The notes under the pieces were generated by a model. It ran no database searches and was not told where the DNA came from. It saw only the letters and a list, made by a program, of their open reading frames with translations. The position numbers were made by a program, and so were the translations under genes. 31,248 bases of DNA from Fidelibacterota bacterium (GTDB taxonomy: Bacteria; Fidelibacterota; Marinisomatia; Marinisomatales; TCS55): positions 1 to 31,248 of the forward strand of contig JAPNQO010000089.1 in the NCBI GenBank assembly GCA_027251445.1. The letters run 5' to 3'. This document shows, in pieces, positions 1 through 8,504 of this stretch (the stretch's first letter is position 1; each line of letters starts with the position of its first letter).

Positions 1-426
1 AATGTAAACATTTTTCTTAGTGAAGGATCATGTCAAGAAGAAATATTAAGCGATATGAAGAGAAATAATCAACAAATTGAAAAAGATGCTTTTGGTCATG
101 TACGTCTTGATAAGATTAATCCTGGTGAATGGTTTTCTAATCAATTTTCTTCTAAAATAGGAGCTGAAAAAACGTTAGTTCAAAAGAGCGGTTATTTTTC
201 ACGATCAGCGGCACCAAACAACTTTGATCTAGATTTGATTAAACAATCTGCCAAATATGCTGTTCAATGTGCTATAAATAGTCAATCAGGTGTAGTGGGA
301 TTAGATGAAGAAGATAATGATGAATTGAGTATTATTAATTTTGATCGGATAAAAGGTGGTAAACCATTTGATCATAGTTGTACTTGGTTCCAAGAAATGC
401 TACATGACATTGGACAAATTGATTAA
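1..426 (+). CDS. pfp: Pyrophosphate-dependent phosphofructokinase, C-terminal part (5'-truncated by the window edge)
   Basis: Frame 1 is open from base 1 (NVNIFLSEG...) into the listed 55..426 ORF. Motifs NIFLSEG, DAFGHVRLDKINPG and KTLVQKSGYFSRSA are typical of Propionibacterium-type PPi-PFK. The stop overlaps the glpX start (TAATG). Confidence 0.85.
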   Translation, partial: NVNIFLSEGSCQEEILSDMKRNNQQIEKDAFGHVRLDKINPGEWFSNQFSSKIGAEKTLVQKSGYFSRSAAPNNFDLDLIKQSAKYAVQCAINSQSGVVGLDEEDNDELSIINFDRIKGGKPFDHSCTWFQEMLHDIGQID

Positions 427-1385
427 TGTCAGAAACATTTAATTTAAAAGATTTAGCTCCCCATTTTTTACGTGCTACTGAACAAGCAGCAATTGCAAGC
501 GGTAAGTTTAGAGGATTAAATGATAAGAATAAAGCGGATGATGCTGCAGTAAATGCAATGAGAAAAGTATTTGATAGTATTCCTGTTCATGCACGAGTTG
601 CAATTGGAGAAGGAGAGATGGATAAAGCACCAATGTTATACATTGGGGAAGAGATGGGAATGGGAGTCCATGATCTATCAATGCCAAAAGTTGATATTGC
701 CGTTGATCCATTAGAATGTACAGCGCATTGTGCGGAAAATTTACCAAACTCAATTTGTGTCCTTTCTATCGCGCCTAGGGGAAACTTGCTGCATGCGCCT
801 GAGTGTTATATGGATAAAATTGCAGGTTCAGCTGAATTGAAAGGTCATGTATCATTAGATAAAACTGTTGAAGATAATATCAAGTCAATATCCTCAGTCA
901 CTGGAAAAGATTTAAAAGATATAAAAGTGATTATTCTTAATCGGCCAAGAAATAAAAACACAATAAATACGTTAATAGATTTGGGTGTGCAATTAGATTT
1001 AATTCAAAATGGAGATATTGTTGGTGCAATGCGTGCAGTCAATGGTGATGCAGATTTATTATTAGGTATTGGATCGGCTCCTGAAGGGGTTATTTCCGCT
1101 GTGGCTGTAAAAGGACTAAAGGGTGTATTTCAGGGACGGATGTGGTTCCATGAAAAGAGCTATCAAGAAAAAGTTGAAGAAGTTTTAAAAAATGATGCAC
1201 ATAAAATTTGGGATCAGGATAATTTATGCACATCAAATGATGCTATTTTTGTAGCAACAGGCGTTTGCGATGGTTGGATTCCTGGTGTTCAGTATAATGA
1301 TAATTCAGTAAGTACATGGAGCAGAATTATCTATGTTGAAACTGGTGAAGTAAAAACCATCGAATCAGTTCACAGTATAAAATAA
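426..1385 (+). CDS. glpX: Class II fructose-1,6-bisphosphatase (possibly bifunctional FBPase/SBPase)
   Basis: ADDAAVNAMR, IGEGEMDKAPMLYIGE, DIAVDPLE, YMDK and GIGSAPEGV motifs of the GlpX family. Confidence 0.92.
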   Translation: MSETFNLKDLAPHFLRATEQAAIASGKFRGLNDKNKADDAAVNAMRKVFDSIPVHARVAIGEGEMDKAPMLYIGEEMGMGVHDLSMPKVDIAVDPLECTAHCAENLPNSICVLSIAPRGNLLHAPECYMDKIAGSAELKGHVSLDKTVEDNIKSISSVTGKDLKDIKVIILNRPRNKNTINTLIDLGVQLDLIQNGDIVGAMRAVNGDADLLLGIGSAPEGVISAVAVKGLKGVFQGRMWFHEKSYQEKVEEVLKNDAHKIWDQDNLCTSNDAIFVATGVCDGWIPGVQYNDNSVSTWSRIIYVETGEVKTIESVHSIK

Positions 1386-1394
1386 GAGGAGAAT

Positions 1395-2408
1395 ATGGAT
1401 CATACATCATTAGTAGATATTGCAAATGCTATGGTGCAAAAAGGTAAAGGTATCTTAGCAGCAGATGAAAGTACACCAACATGTAAAAAGAGATTTGATA
1501 GTATTAATGTGGAGAGCACGGAAGAAAACCGTAATAAATATCGTAATATGTTATTTACTGCAGATGGTATAGAAAATTTTATCAGTGGAGTTATACTTTT
1601 TGATGAAACTCTACGACAAAGCACTATGGAAGGCAGTGTGCCTTTTCCAGATCATTTAACCAAGTTAGGTATTTTACCTGGAATTAAAGTTGATAAAGGT
1701 GCAAAACAGTTAGCAAATACTGAAAATGAAAAAATTACAGATGGATTAGATGGCTTAAGAGACCGATTAAAAGAATATTATGAACTTGGTGCACGATTTG
1801 CAAAATGGCGTGCAGTAATTACAATTGGTGAAAATATGCCAACTGCTTATTGCATATCTACAAATGCACATGCTCTAGCACGATACGCAGCTTTATGTCA
1901 AGAGCAGGGCCTAGTTCCTATTGTAGAGCCAGAAATATTAATGGATGGCACTCACACAATTGATGAAAGTTATCAGCTTACTACAGAAACGCTTTATAAC
2001 GTTTTTTATGAATTAGTTTCCCAAGGAGTAGAGCTAGAGGGGATAGTGTTAAAGCCAAACATGGTTTTATCTGGATATGATTGTTCTGATCAAGCTTCTG
2101 TAGAACAAGTTGCCGAAATGACAGTGGATTGTTTTTTAAATACCGTACCTGCTGTAGTTCCTGGTATTGCCTTTTTATCAGGAGGCCAAAGTGATGAGTT
2201 GGCAACAGCACACTTAAATGCAATGAATCAGATTGATGGCACACCATGGAATCTGACCTTTTCATATGGACGTGCTTTGCAGGCTCCAGCTCTTAAAGCA
2301 TGGTCAGGGAAAGATGAGAATATTTCAAATGCTCAAGAATCCTTTATGAAAAGAGCAAAGTTCAATAGCCTTGCAACGAAAGGCGAGTATTCTAAGGATA
2401 TGGAATAA
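1395..2408 (+). CDS. fda: Fructose-bisphosphate aldolase class I (eukaryote-like family)
   Basis: KGILAADES, GIKVDKG, FAKWR, VPIVEPE, LKPNMV, FLSGGQ and FSYGRALQ motifs. RBS GAGGAG upstream. Confidence 0.95.
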   Translation: MDHTSLVDIANAMVQKGKGILAADESTPTCKKRFDSINVESTEENRNKYRNMLFTADGIENFISGVILFDETLRQSTMEGSVPFPDHLTKLGILPGIKVDKGAKQLANTENEKITDGLDGLRDRLKEYYELGARFAKWRAVITIGENMPTAYCISTNAHALARYAALCQEQGLVPIVEPEILMDGTHTIDESYQLTTETLYNVFYELVSQGVELEGIVLKPNMVLSGYDCSDQASVEQVAEMTVDCFLNTVPAVVPGIAFLSGGQSDELATAHLNAMNQIDGTPWNLTFSYGRALQAPALKAWSGKDENISNAQESFMKRAKFNSLATKGEYSKDME

Positions 2409-2424
2409 TTTTTAATTATCCTTT

Positions 2425-2462
2425 AAACAAAAAAGCCGGTATAATAACCGGCTTTTTTGTTT
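2425..2462. terminator. Bidirectional intrinsic terminator
   Basis: Perfect 16-bp inverted repeat AAACAAAAAAGCCGGT-ataata-ACCGGCTTTTTTGTTT with T-tracts on both strands, between convergent genes. Confidence 0.92.
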
Positions 2463-2474
2463 TAGATAAAGAAA

Positions 2475-3713
2475 TTACTCTGCCCAAGAAGCCCGTAAAA
2501 GAGCAACAGATGGATCTTCAGTATTGGATACTAATACATATCCATTCTTATATGCCATTCCCTCTGGTTCTCCAACACTAGTACCATCTATCTCATTTGT
2601 ATAATTATTGATTTCTGTTATAGCTCCTGAATCCCACGTGGGGTTTGATGGGTCCGTAATATCATATACTACTACGGCTCCTGCATCTTGTAGGGTAGCC
2701 ATCACAAATGTTTTTTCCCCAGCCTCTACGATTACAACTTCTTCAGGCTCAATACCTTTACGCTGATCATCCCAATCCCAACTATCTGGAAGATCATTTG
2801 CTAGATCTGCATAATATTGTGATGAAGGTGTTCCATCTGCCGATAGGAGAGTTACTCCGATCGTTCCATCATATTCACCACCAGTGCAAACTATAGTACC
2901 ATCACTATTTACCCATATTCCATCTGGTTCATGTTCTGGATTGGTAAAAGTAACTTTATTTTCGAGCACATCAGGAGGGGATAAAATGGAGAACCAACCG
3001 ATTTCATTTGATTCTTGCAGAGTCATATACACAGTTTCACCATCAGGAGCAATTTTTACTCCTTCTGGTTCTGCTAAATTTCCGTTTGATCCCACGTGAG
3101 AAATTCTCATATCTTTTACTAAAGTACCTTGGCCTGGGCCGGCACTTATATCATAAACACTTACTCCAGGAAAGCCTAAGGAATCACAACCACCATCAAC
3201 AGCATCTTCATAGTCAAATTCATTTACTACAACTACATATTCATTATCTACTGCAATATCAACTGCGTCAGGATTATAGCCTAATTCATATGGTCCATGT
3301 TTTACAAGGGAAGATGATTCAACAAGATATAATAATCCTCTTTCACAAGCCCCTTTACTAACAACGACAGCAATTAAACTTTCATCAACACTTACATCAA
3401 TAGATGAACATTCAGCGTCAGGGTCATCTGTAACTTGGACACTTTGTCCACTCATAGATAAATCTGTTGATGAAATTGTTATAAAATCCAGTGTGTTTTG
3501 TTTTGAATTCACAATTACACCCTGTGTTTCCGTAATAAATCGTATTAATTCTGGCTGTGATTGGTCTGATGTTCCTGTTGTCTCATTATCAATAAGAGTA
3601 ATATCAAAGCTATCAACAACCAATGCAGCTACCTCATCATCTTTATCTTCGCAAGCTGGTATTATAAAAAATAGCATTATTAAAAATGATGAAAGTGTTT
3701 TCAAATTAGTCAT
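2475..3713 (-). CDS. Acidic beta-propeller lipoprotein, choice-of-anchor I / atypical alkaline phosphatase-like
   Basis: Signal peptide with lipobox-like IPA-C followed by EDKDDE. Repeated blade motifs QPELI, NPDAV, EPEGV, EPDGI, EPEEV and EPEGM. The segment KGIEPEEVVIVEAGEKTFVMATLQDAGAVVVYDITDPSNP resembles the choice-of-anchor I signature as I recall it. Confidence 0.6.
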   Translation of the reverse strand: MTNLKTLSSFLIMLFFIIPACEDKDDEVAALVVDSFDITLIDNETTGTSDQSQPELIRFITETQGVIVNSKQNTLDFITISSTDLSMSGQSVQVTDDPDAECSSIDVSVDESLIAVVVSKGACERGLLYLVESSSLVKHGPYELGYNPDAVDIAVDNEYVVVVNEFDYEDAVDGGCDSLGFPGVSVYDISAGPGQGTLVKDMRISHVGSNGNLAEPEGVKIAPDGETVYMTLQESNEIGWFSILSPPDVLENKVTFTNPEHEPDGIWVNSDGTIVCTGGEYDGTIGVTLLSADGTPSSQYYADLANDLPDSWDWDDQRKGIEPEEVVIVEAGEKTFVMATLQDAGAVVVYDITDPSNPTWDSGAITEINNYTNEIDGTSVGEPEGMAYKNGYVLVSNTEDPSVALLRASWAE

Positions 3714-3725
3714 TATGTTTATCTC

Positions 3726-4913
3726 CTAGAAGTTTAGTTCCAATTGAACAAGTAGTTGATTATCATCAACATGTGACTGATAATTCCTATTCTGCTCAAT
3801 AGCTTTTTCCTTTGTGTCTCCAGTTTCTTCATCTAGGATATAATATTCAACTTTCAATTTTGCATAGCTTGTAAAATTATATCCTAAAGCTAACGTAACT
3901 AATGATCGTTTCCATGTATGTGGATCCTTTAGTAAAGGATAAAATACATTGCCAAACGGATCAATTCGCATTTGACCATAACGAACTAAAGTAAATAGAT
4001 TATTAACAGAAAATAAATTTACTGTTCTTCTTCCTTCAAAATAAAAACCATCTCTAGGCAAGAATCCATCTTCAGAATAAATATATTCACCTCTAAATAA
4101 TGAACCTAAAACCATTAATTCTGCTCGACCGCCATACCAAAAGTGATTCACATTCGCATCTTTGTTTAAGATATCATCTGCTTCAACATTTGCATAATAA
4201 TCAAAATCGTAATGCAGCCGTTTTTTCCAATCCTCGTCATCAATTAATTTTCCAGTATAGTACCATGCTTGAATTTTAAAGGGTGATAATTTGTAGGTAG
4301 CTCGAAGACCTAATTCTGATGTTTGACCATCAACTTTTTCTCCATCATCATATACTAACATCCTAAATGATTTATCTTCTGCAGCATCATCATATTCTAA
4401 TGGACGTTTCAAAGCAAATGATGCTCCAACTCGCAAATTGCCATACTTTTTTTCCATATCTATATGATATTGTCTACCTTTCCAATAAGCAGTTCCAATG
4501 AGAGGATAACCTTCCGTTTCTCTTTTTAAGGCAATACGAGGTCGATTTTTCCCTAACTCAATTCGCGTATTATCCTTCTCATATTTTAAATAGTGCTTAT
4601 CTGCATACGCACCATCATCATCGAATCGAAGGCTGAAGCGATAGGAAATATTTTTAGAATACAGCAATTTGAAATCTAGGACTGCTTTATCTATTTGGGT
4701 GTATGGACTTCTTGTCTCAATCTTTTTTACAAAGTCATCTTCATAAGAAGCTCCTCCACGACCTTCTACATCAACGAACTCAACCTCTACTTCACCAGAT
4801 ATTTCCACATCAACACCAGATGGGATATTAATTGGTGATGAACCAAAAATATTTGTGATATACAGGGTAGTTATAACAGGAATATAAAGGAACGGTTTTG
4901 TAGTTTTTATCAT
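3726..4913 (-). CDS. Outer-membrane beta-barrel porin, putatively phosphate/anion-selective
   Basis: N-terminal signal-like segment, amphipathic aromatic-rich strands, and a C-terminal DDNQLLVQLELNF strand ending in Phe. A Pho-box-like array lies upstream. Substrate is inferred from context only. Confidence 0.65.
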   Translation of the reverse strand: MIKTTKPFLYIPVITTLYITNIFGSSPINIPSGVDVEISGEVEVEFVDVEGRGGASYEDDFVKKIETRSPYTQIDKAVLDFKLLYSKNISYRFSLRFDDDGAYADKHYLKYEKDNTRIELGKNRPRIALKRETEGYPLIGTAYWKGRQYHIDMEKKYGNLRVGASFALKRPLEYDDAAEDKSFRMLVYDDGEKVDGQTSELGLRATYKLSPFKIQAWYYTGKLIDDEDWKKRLHYDFDYYANVEADDILNKDANVNHFWYGGRAELMVLGSLFRGEYIYSEDGFLPRDGFYFEGRRTVNLFSVNNLFTLVRYGQMRIDPFGNVFYPLLKDPHTWKRSLVTLALGYNFTSYAKLKVEYYILDEETGDTKEKAIEQNRNYQSHVDDNQLLVQLELNF

Positions 4914-4918
4914 AATTG

Positions 4919-4987
4919 ATATTACTACAGCTGATTTATTAAGGATTAAATGCTATTTAAACAGTATGTAAATAAATTGTAAACAAA
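4919..4987 (-). promoter_or_regulatory. Pho-box-like direct-repeat array plus -10 for the porin-lipoprotein operon
   Basis: On the - strand TTTACA, TTTACA, TTTAAA, TTTAAT occur at an exact 11-bp period (4983 down to 4945). TAATAT (4924-4919) lies 5 nt before the ATG. Confidence 0.75.
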
Positions 4988-5013
4988 TAATGAATAGTTA
5001 CTATATGTTGAAC

Positions 5014-5475
5014 TTATTTGTGGAAAGGATTGTTTGATAAGTATGCATTATAATATTTGACATCTCCAGTTACTTCTTTTCCAGCCCAAGGTGGTAATAA
5101 CACATCTTCCTGTTCATGATCTAATTCAATTTCCGCAAGCCATAAGCCATTATTATCTCCGTGAAATTCATCTACATCCCAAACTTTTCCTTTGTAGGGT
5201 ACTTTATAACGAGTCTTTTCTATGATTCTGCTTACGCATAAATGATTAATTAAATAATCAGCATCATGAAGAGGTATTTCATATTCATGTTCAGACCTAC
5301 TTATACCAATTTCATTAGATTTTACTGTAATTGTAGCGATGTCACCTTTAATACGTACGCGAACTACATTTTTATCATTGATAGCAAGATAGCCTTGTCT
5401 ATATGGAACACCTTCAATACTTGTATCCCAATTCTCAATTATGACTAAAAACTTACGTTCTATTTCTAAATGCAT
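5014..5475 (-). CDS. CYTH / triphosphate tunnel metalloenzyme
   Basis: N-terminal EIERKF (ExExK) motif, plus QGYL, VRVR, EYEIP, EKTRY, WDVDEF, LAEIEL and EVTGD.YYN. Overlaps the symporter 3' end by 23 nt. Confidence 0.92.
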   Translation of the reverse strand: MHLEIERKFLVIIENWDTSIEGVPYRQGYLAINDKNVVRVRIKGDIATITVKSNEIGISRSEHEYEIPLHDADYLINHLCVSRIIEKTRYKVPYKGKVWDVDEFHGDNNGLWLAEIELDHEQEDVLLPPWAGKEVTGDVKYYNAYLSNNPFHK

Positions 5476-6847
5476 ATTTAATATTAAATAAATATATGAT
5501 TAATGAAGTTAATAGACCTGGATAGAATGGCTCAAGATCTAAAGGATATCCACCTGTGATATTTCCCATAATAAACCACATAATTCCAACCATTACTGGT
5601 AGAACCATTAACTGAATAATATTTTTTGGAAGATTACTTTTATTATAAAACGTAACCAAAAATGGTATTAGTATTCCTGGAACTATAATTGAACCTGTTA
5701 CATACCATAATCGAACAACAGATGGAATTGTTATAGCTAAAAGTAGAGCTAAAAAACTCATTACAAATAAACCTTGTTGAACAAAATGCGTTGACTCTAA
5801 AACTTTTTCATTATTTTTAACTATTGGAGATGTTTTTATACGCCACATGATATCTCTTCCAAAAGTAATAGCACTTATAAAACCTAAAGAGTCAACCGTT
5901 GACATAATTGTAGATAATATTGCAACTAAAAATAATCCAAAAAATATTGGAGGTAAAATTTGACTTCCCAAAAGCGGAAATGTATATAATGGCGATGATA
6001 TTTCCATTGCAACTTTAGCATATAAGCCAGTTGTAATCGTTAAAACGTCAAAAATAAACCAAAAAAATATTGATATTAAAACCCCCTTTTTTGCAACTCC
6101 AGGCGATTTTACTGCAGAACATCGCTGATAAAAACCGGGATCAACAAATGTCCACATAGCAATAAAAAACCATACTAATATATATTGTGGTTTCATGCCG
6201 CCCAATGGATCCAGGAAGCTTTGAGGTAATTTCCCTATCAATTCAATAGGGGGTCCATATTCTTTCCAACAAAAAATTAATATAATTACAAATCCACTAT
6301 ACATTAGAATAAACTGAAAAATATCTGTACGTATGATTGATTTAAATCCCCCTGACCATATATAGCTTAAACTAATTATTAAGGACAAAATCAAAGACCA
6401 ACTAAATGAAATATCTGTAAAAGTTTGTAATAAAATACTAAGGCTTAATATGTATGGTGCTGGACTAGCAATCACAAGAATTAATAATGCACTTATAATT
6501 CCTGCAGTATGTCCATAGTAATTATGAAAATGATCTGGTATAGAAATGAATTTTTCTAAAGAAATTTTTTCAGCAATAAAGAAAGCAAATATCAATCCAA
6601 ATACATAGTAGGGCATAGCAAGAATGAACCATGTTTGGATTCCATATAGATATGTATTTTCTCCTAGCCCAAGAATGCCGCCGTACCAGGTAGCAACTAA
6701 ACTTGCGACGAATCCCGGAAGGCTTAATCTTCTACCCATTAGTAAATATTCTTCTGAAGAAGATCTGCTCTTTTTTGTTCTGTTGAAGCCAATATATATT
6801 AAGATGAAAACATAGGCCCCAATAATTATTGAATCAAGAAAATGCAT
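5453..6847 (-). CDS. Sodium:solute symporter (SSS) family transporter, putative thiamine or thiamine-precursor uptake
   Basis: Polytopic membrane protein with EEYLLMGRRL, GGFKSIIRTDIFQ, YQR and STIMSTVDS motifs of the SSS family. Starts 2 nt after the thiN stop. Substrate is inferred. Confidence 0.85.
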   Translation of the reverse strand: MHFLDSIIIGAYVFILIYIGFNRTKKSRSSSEEYLLMGRRLSLPGFVASLVATWYGGILGLGENTYLYGIQTWFILAMPYYVFGLIFAFFIAEKISLEKFISIPDHFHNYYGHTAGIISALLILVIASPAPYILSLSILLQTFTDISFSWSLILSLIISLSYIWSGGFKSIIRTDIFQFILMYSGFVIILIFCWKEYGPPIELIGKLPQSFLDPLGGMKPQYILVWFFIAMWTFVDPGFYQRCSAVKSPGVAKKGVLISIFFWFIFDVLTITTGLYAKVAMEISSPLYTFPLLGSQILPPIFFGLFLVAILSTIMSTVDSLGFISAITFGRDIMWRIKTSPIVKNNEKVLESTHFVQQGLFVMSFLALLLAITIPSVVRLWYVTGSIIVPGILIPFLVTFYNKSNLPKNIIQLMVLPVMVGIMWFIMGNITGGYPLDLEPFYPGLLTSLIIYLFNIKYAFRNRT

Positions 6848-6849
6848 AT

Positions 6850-7482
6850 TTATTCAAGGTGCGAACAGAAAACCCATATTTTACCAGAACTATTTATTTC
6901 AAAATTATTTCCAAGTGAGCGATTGCTGACTCCTCTTGAAGAAGTTGATAATTCCTCATCTGATAAAGGATATTTTAAATTTTTAGTTGATATATGTTGT
7001 ATATGCTCTACTGGTAAAATAGATACCAGCTGATTTTTAAATGATGAAAATGTTTTACTACCATCATGACATGTAATGGAAAAGTAGTCAGTTACATAAG
7101 TCAAGTTAATTGCATCACAATATGTTGATAAGAGATATAGGTTTCCAATTGAATGGTCTTCTCTTTTTTGTGAAGCCCCTAATACATTAATGGTTTTAAC
7201 ATTATTTTTTATACACCATTCAAATGCTTTTTCAAGATCAGTATTTTCTTGATTCGAATCTTTAATAAATTGGCCAGAAAATGCTTTATTATCAATTTGT
7301 ACGGAATCCATATCTCCAATGATTACGTTTGGATTTATTCCTTTATCAATTAGTGTATTCGCACTCCCATCCGTACAAATAATTGTTTTGGACTCATGAA
7401 GTATTTGTAAGGGCAATGAGTGATTGGGAAATTCTCCATTAGCAAGAATTGTAAAGGGTTTTAATAGTTTAGTGTCTTCCAA
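6850..7482 (-). CDS. thiN: Thiamine pyrophosphokinase
   Basis: ILANG, ICTDGSAN, IGDMDS, QENTDLEKA, REDH, LKYPL and GVSN motifs. TTG start. Confidence 0.92.
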   Translation of the reverse strand: MEDTKLLKPFTILANGEFPNHSLPLQILHESKTIICTDGSANTLIDKGINPNVIIGDMDSVQIDNKAFSGQFIKDSNQENTDLEKAFEWCIKNNVKTINVLGASQKREDHSIGNLYLLSTYCDAINLTYVTDYFSITCHDGSKTFSSFKNQLVSILPVEHIQHISTKNLKYPLSDEELSTSSRGVSNRSLGNNFEINSSGKIWVFCSHLE

Positions 7483-7632
7483 AATGCGTTTTAGTTATTA
7501 TGAAATTACTTCAATTATTATATTGGTAAGTTATAAGAAATTGTTTTGTCGTTGCAGAAATGGATACTTAATATGCTTTATAGAAAATTTTTATCAACCA
7601 ATCACTTTACAGTTTAATTTTATATACTTTAT

Positions 7633-7755
7633 ATGACTTCTATCTTCAAAAATTTTGCAATTAGACAATCAATTAATCATCCTATACGAACCATAATTAT
7701 TTCATTGATTATTACTTTTATAATGGATTCATTAATAGGGGGATCTACAAAATGA
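7633..7755 (+). pseudogene. 40-codon ORF, probable internally deleted MMPL/RND transporter remnant
   Basis: Translates to MTSIFKNFAIRQSINHPIRTIIISLIITFIMDSLIGGSTK*, resembling an RND/MMPL N-terminus (..NHP + first TM helix). Its TGA overlaps the next ATG (ATGA). It sits where the MMPL gene normally lies ahead of LolA-like and beta-barrel genes. Confidence 0.5.
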
Positions 7756-8504
7756 TAAGAATTAGTATAATTATTATTATGCTTATTTCATATATAGCTG
7801 CTCAGAGGGGTTTTTAAATAGCAACAATGGTTGATAAGAGGGAAGTTCCCAGTGATATCATATCTAAGACAACAATGTTATTAACAAATAGCAAAGACAA
7901 AACAAGAACATCCACAATCCTTTCAAAGTCATCGGATAATGGTTCGAAACAAATTTTATGGTTTTTGGCACCTGTAGATGATAAAGGTGTCGCCTTTTTA
8001 AAGATAGAGCATGATAATAAATCAGACGAAATGCGTATGTGGCTTCCTGCATTTAAAAAAGTTCGAAGAATATCTTCATCTAAAAAAGGAGATTCATTTA
8101 TGGGATCTGATCTTAGTTATGAAGATATGACGAGTAGAGATTTAGAAGAGAATAGTTATAAAAGATTAGAAGACGATGTTTTGGATGGAAGTAATTGTTT
8201 TGTTATAGAAGTATTACCAAATGAAGATATAAAATCAACATATTCTAAACATATTACCTGGATTGATAAAAAATCATTGATTGCAGTTCAGGAAGAATCT
8301 TATGATTTAAGTGGTGAGTTACGTAAAAAGAAGCAATTCTTTTTTGATTCTATTTCTGGTTATGATATTATAAATAAAATTTTTGTTGAAGATGTACAAA
8401 AAAACCACACAACTACCTTAACCATGGAAGATATAAAAGTGGACTCAGGATTAGACCACAGTCTTTTTCAGGAGAAAAATTTAAAACGCATGCCTCGTGA
8501 TTAG
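7752..8504 (+). pseudogene. LolA-like outer-membrane lipoprotein-sorting protein with an in-frame stop after the signal peptide
   Basis: ATG 7752 (with AGGGGGA upstream) reads MIRISIIIIMLISYIAAQRGF*IATMVDKRE..., in frame with ORF 7827..8504, with TAA at 7815-7817. The mature part has FLAPVDDKGVAFL, MWLPAFKKVRRI and FMGSDLSYEDM, typical of LolA-like sorting proteins. Confidence 0.75.

Noticed and set aside
5014..5475. Class IV adenylate cyclase call for the CYTH protein
   Set aside because: Family membership alone does not support cyclase activity, and most short bacterial CYTH proteins of this type are triphosphatases.
7606..7624. TTTACA upstream of the MMPL remnant as a fifth Pho box
   Set aside because: Single hexamer with no partner at 11-bp spacing and without the shared flanks.
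7483..7632. TPP riboswitch upstream of thiN
   Set aside because: No CTGAGA or other conserved TPP aptamer segments and no GC stems visible. An Rfam RF00059 search would settle it.
7424..7636. 70-aa ORF spanning the thiN start and divergent intergenic region
   Set aside because: It overlaps thiN antisense and the promoter region, with low-complexity AT-rich composition and no family features.
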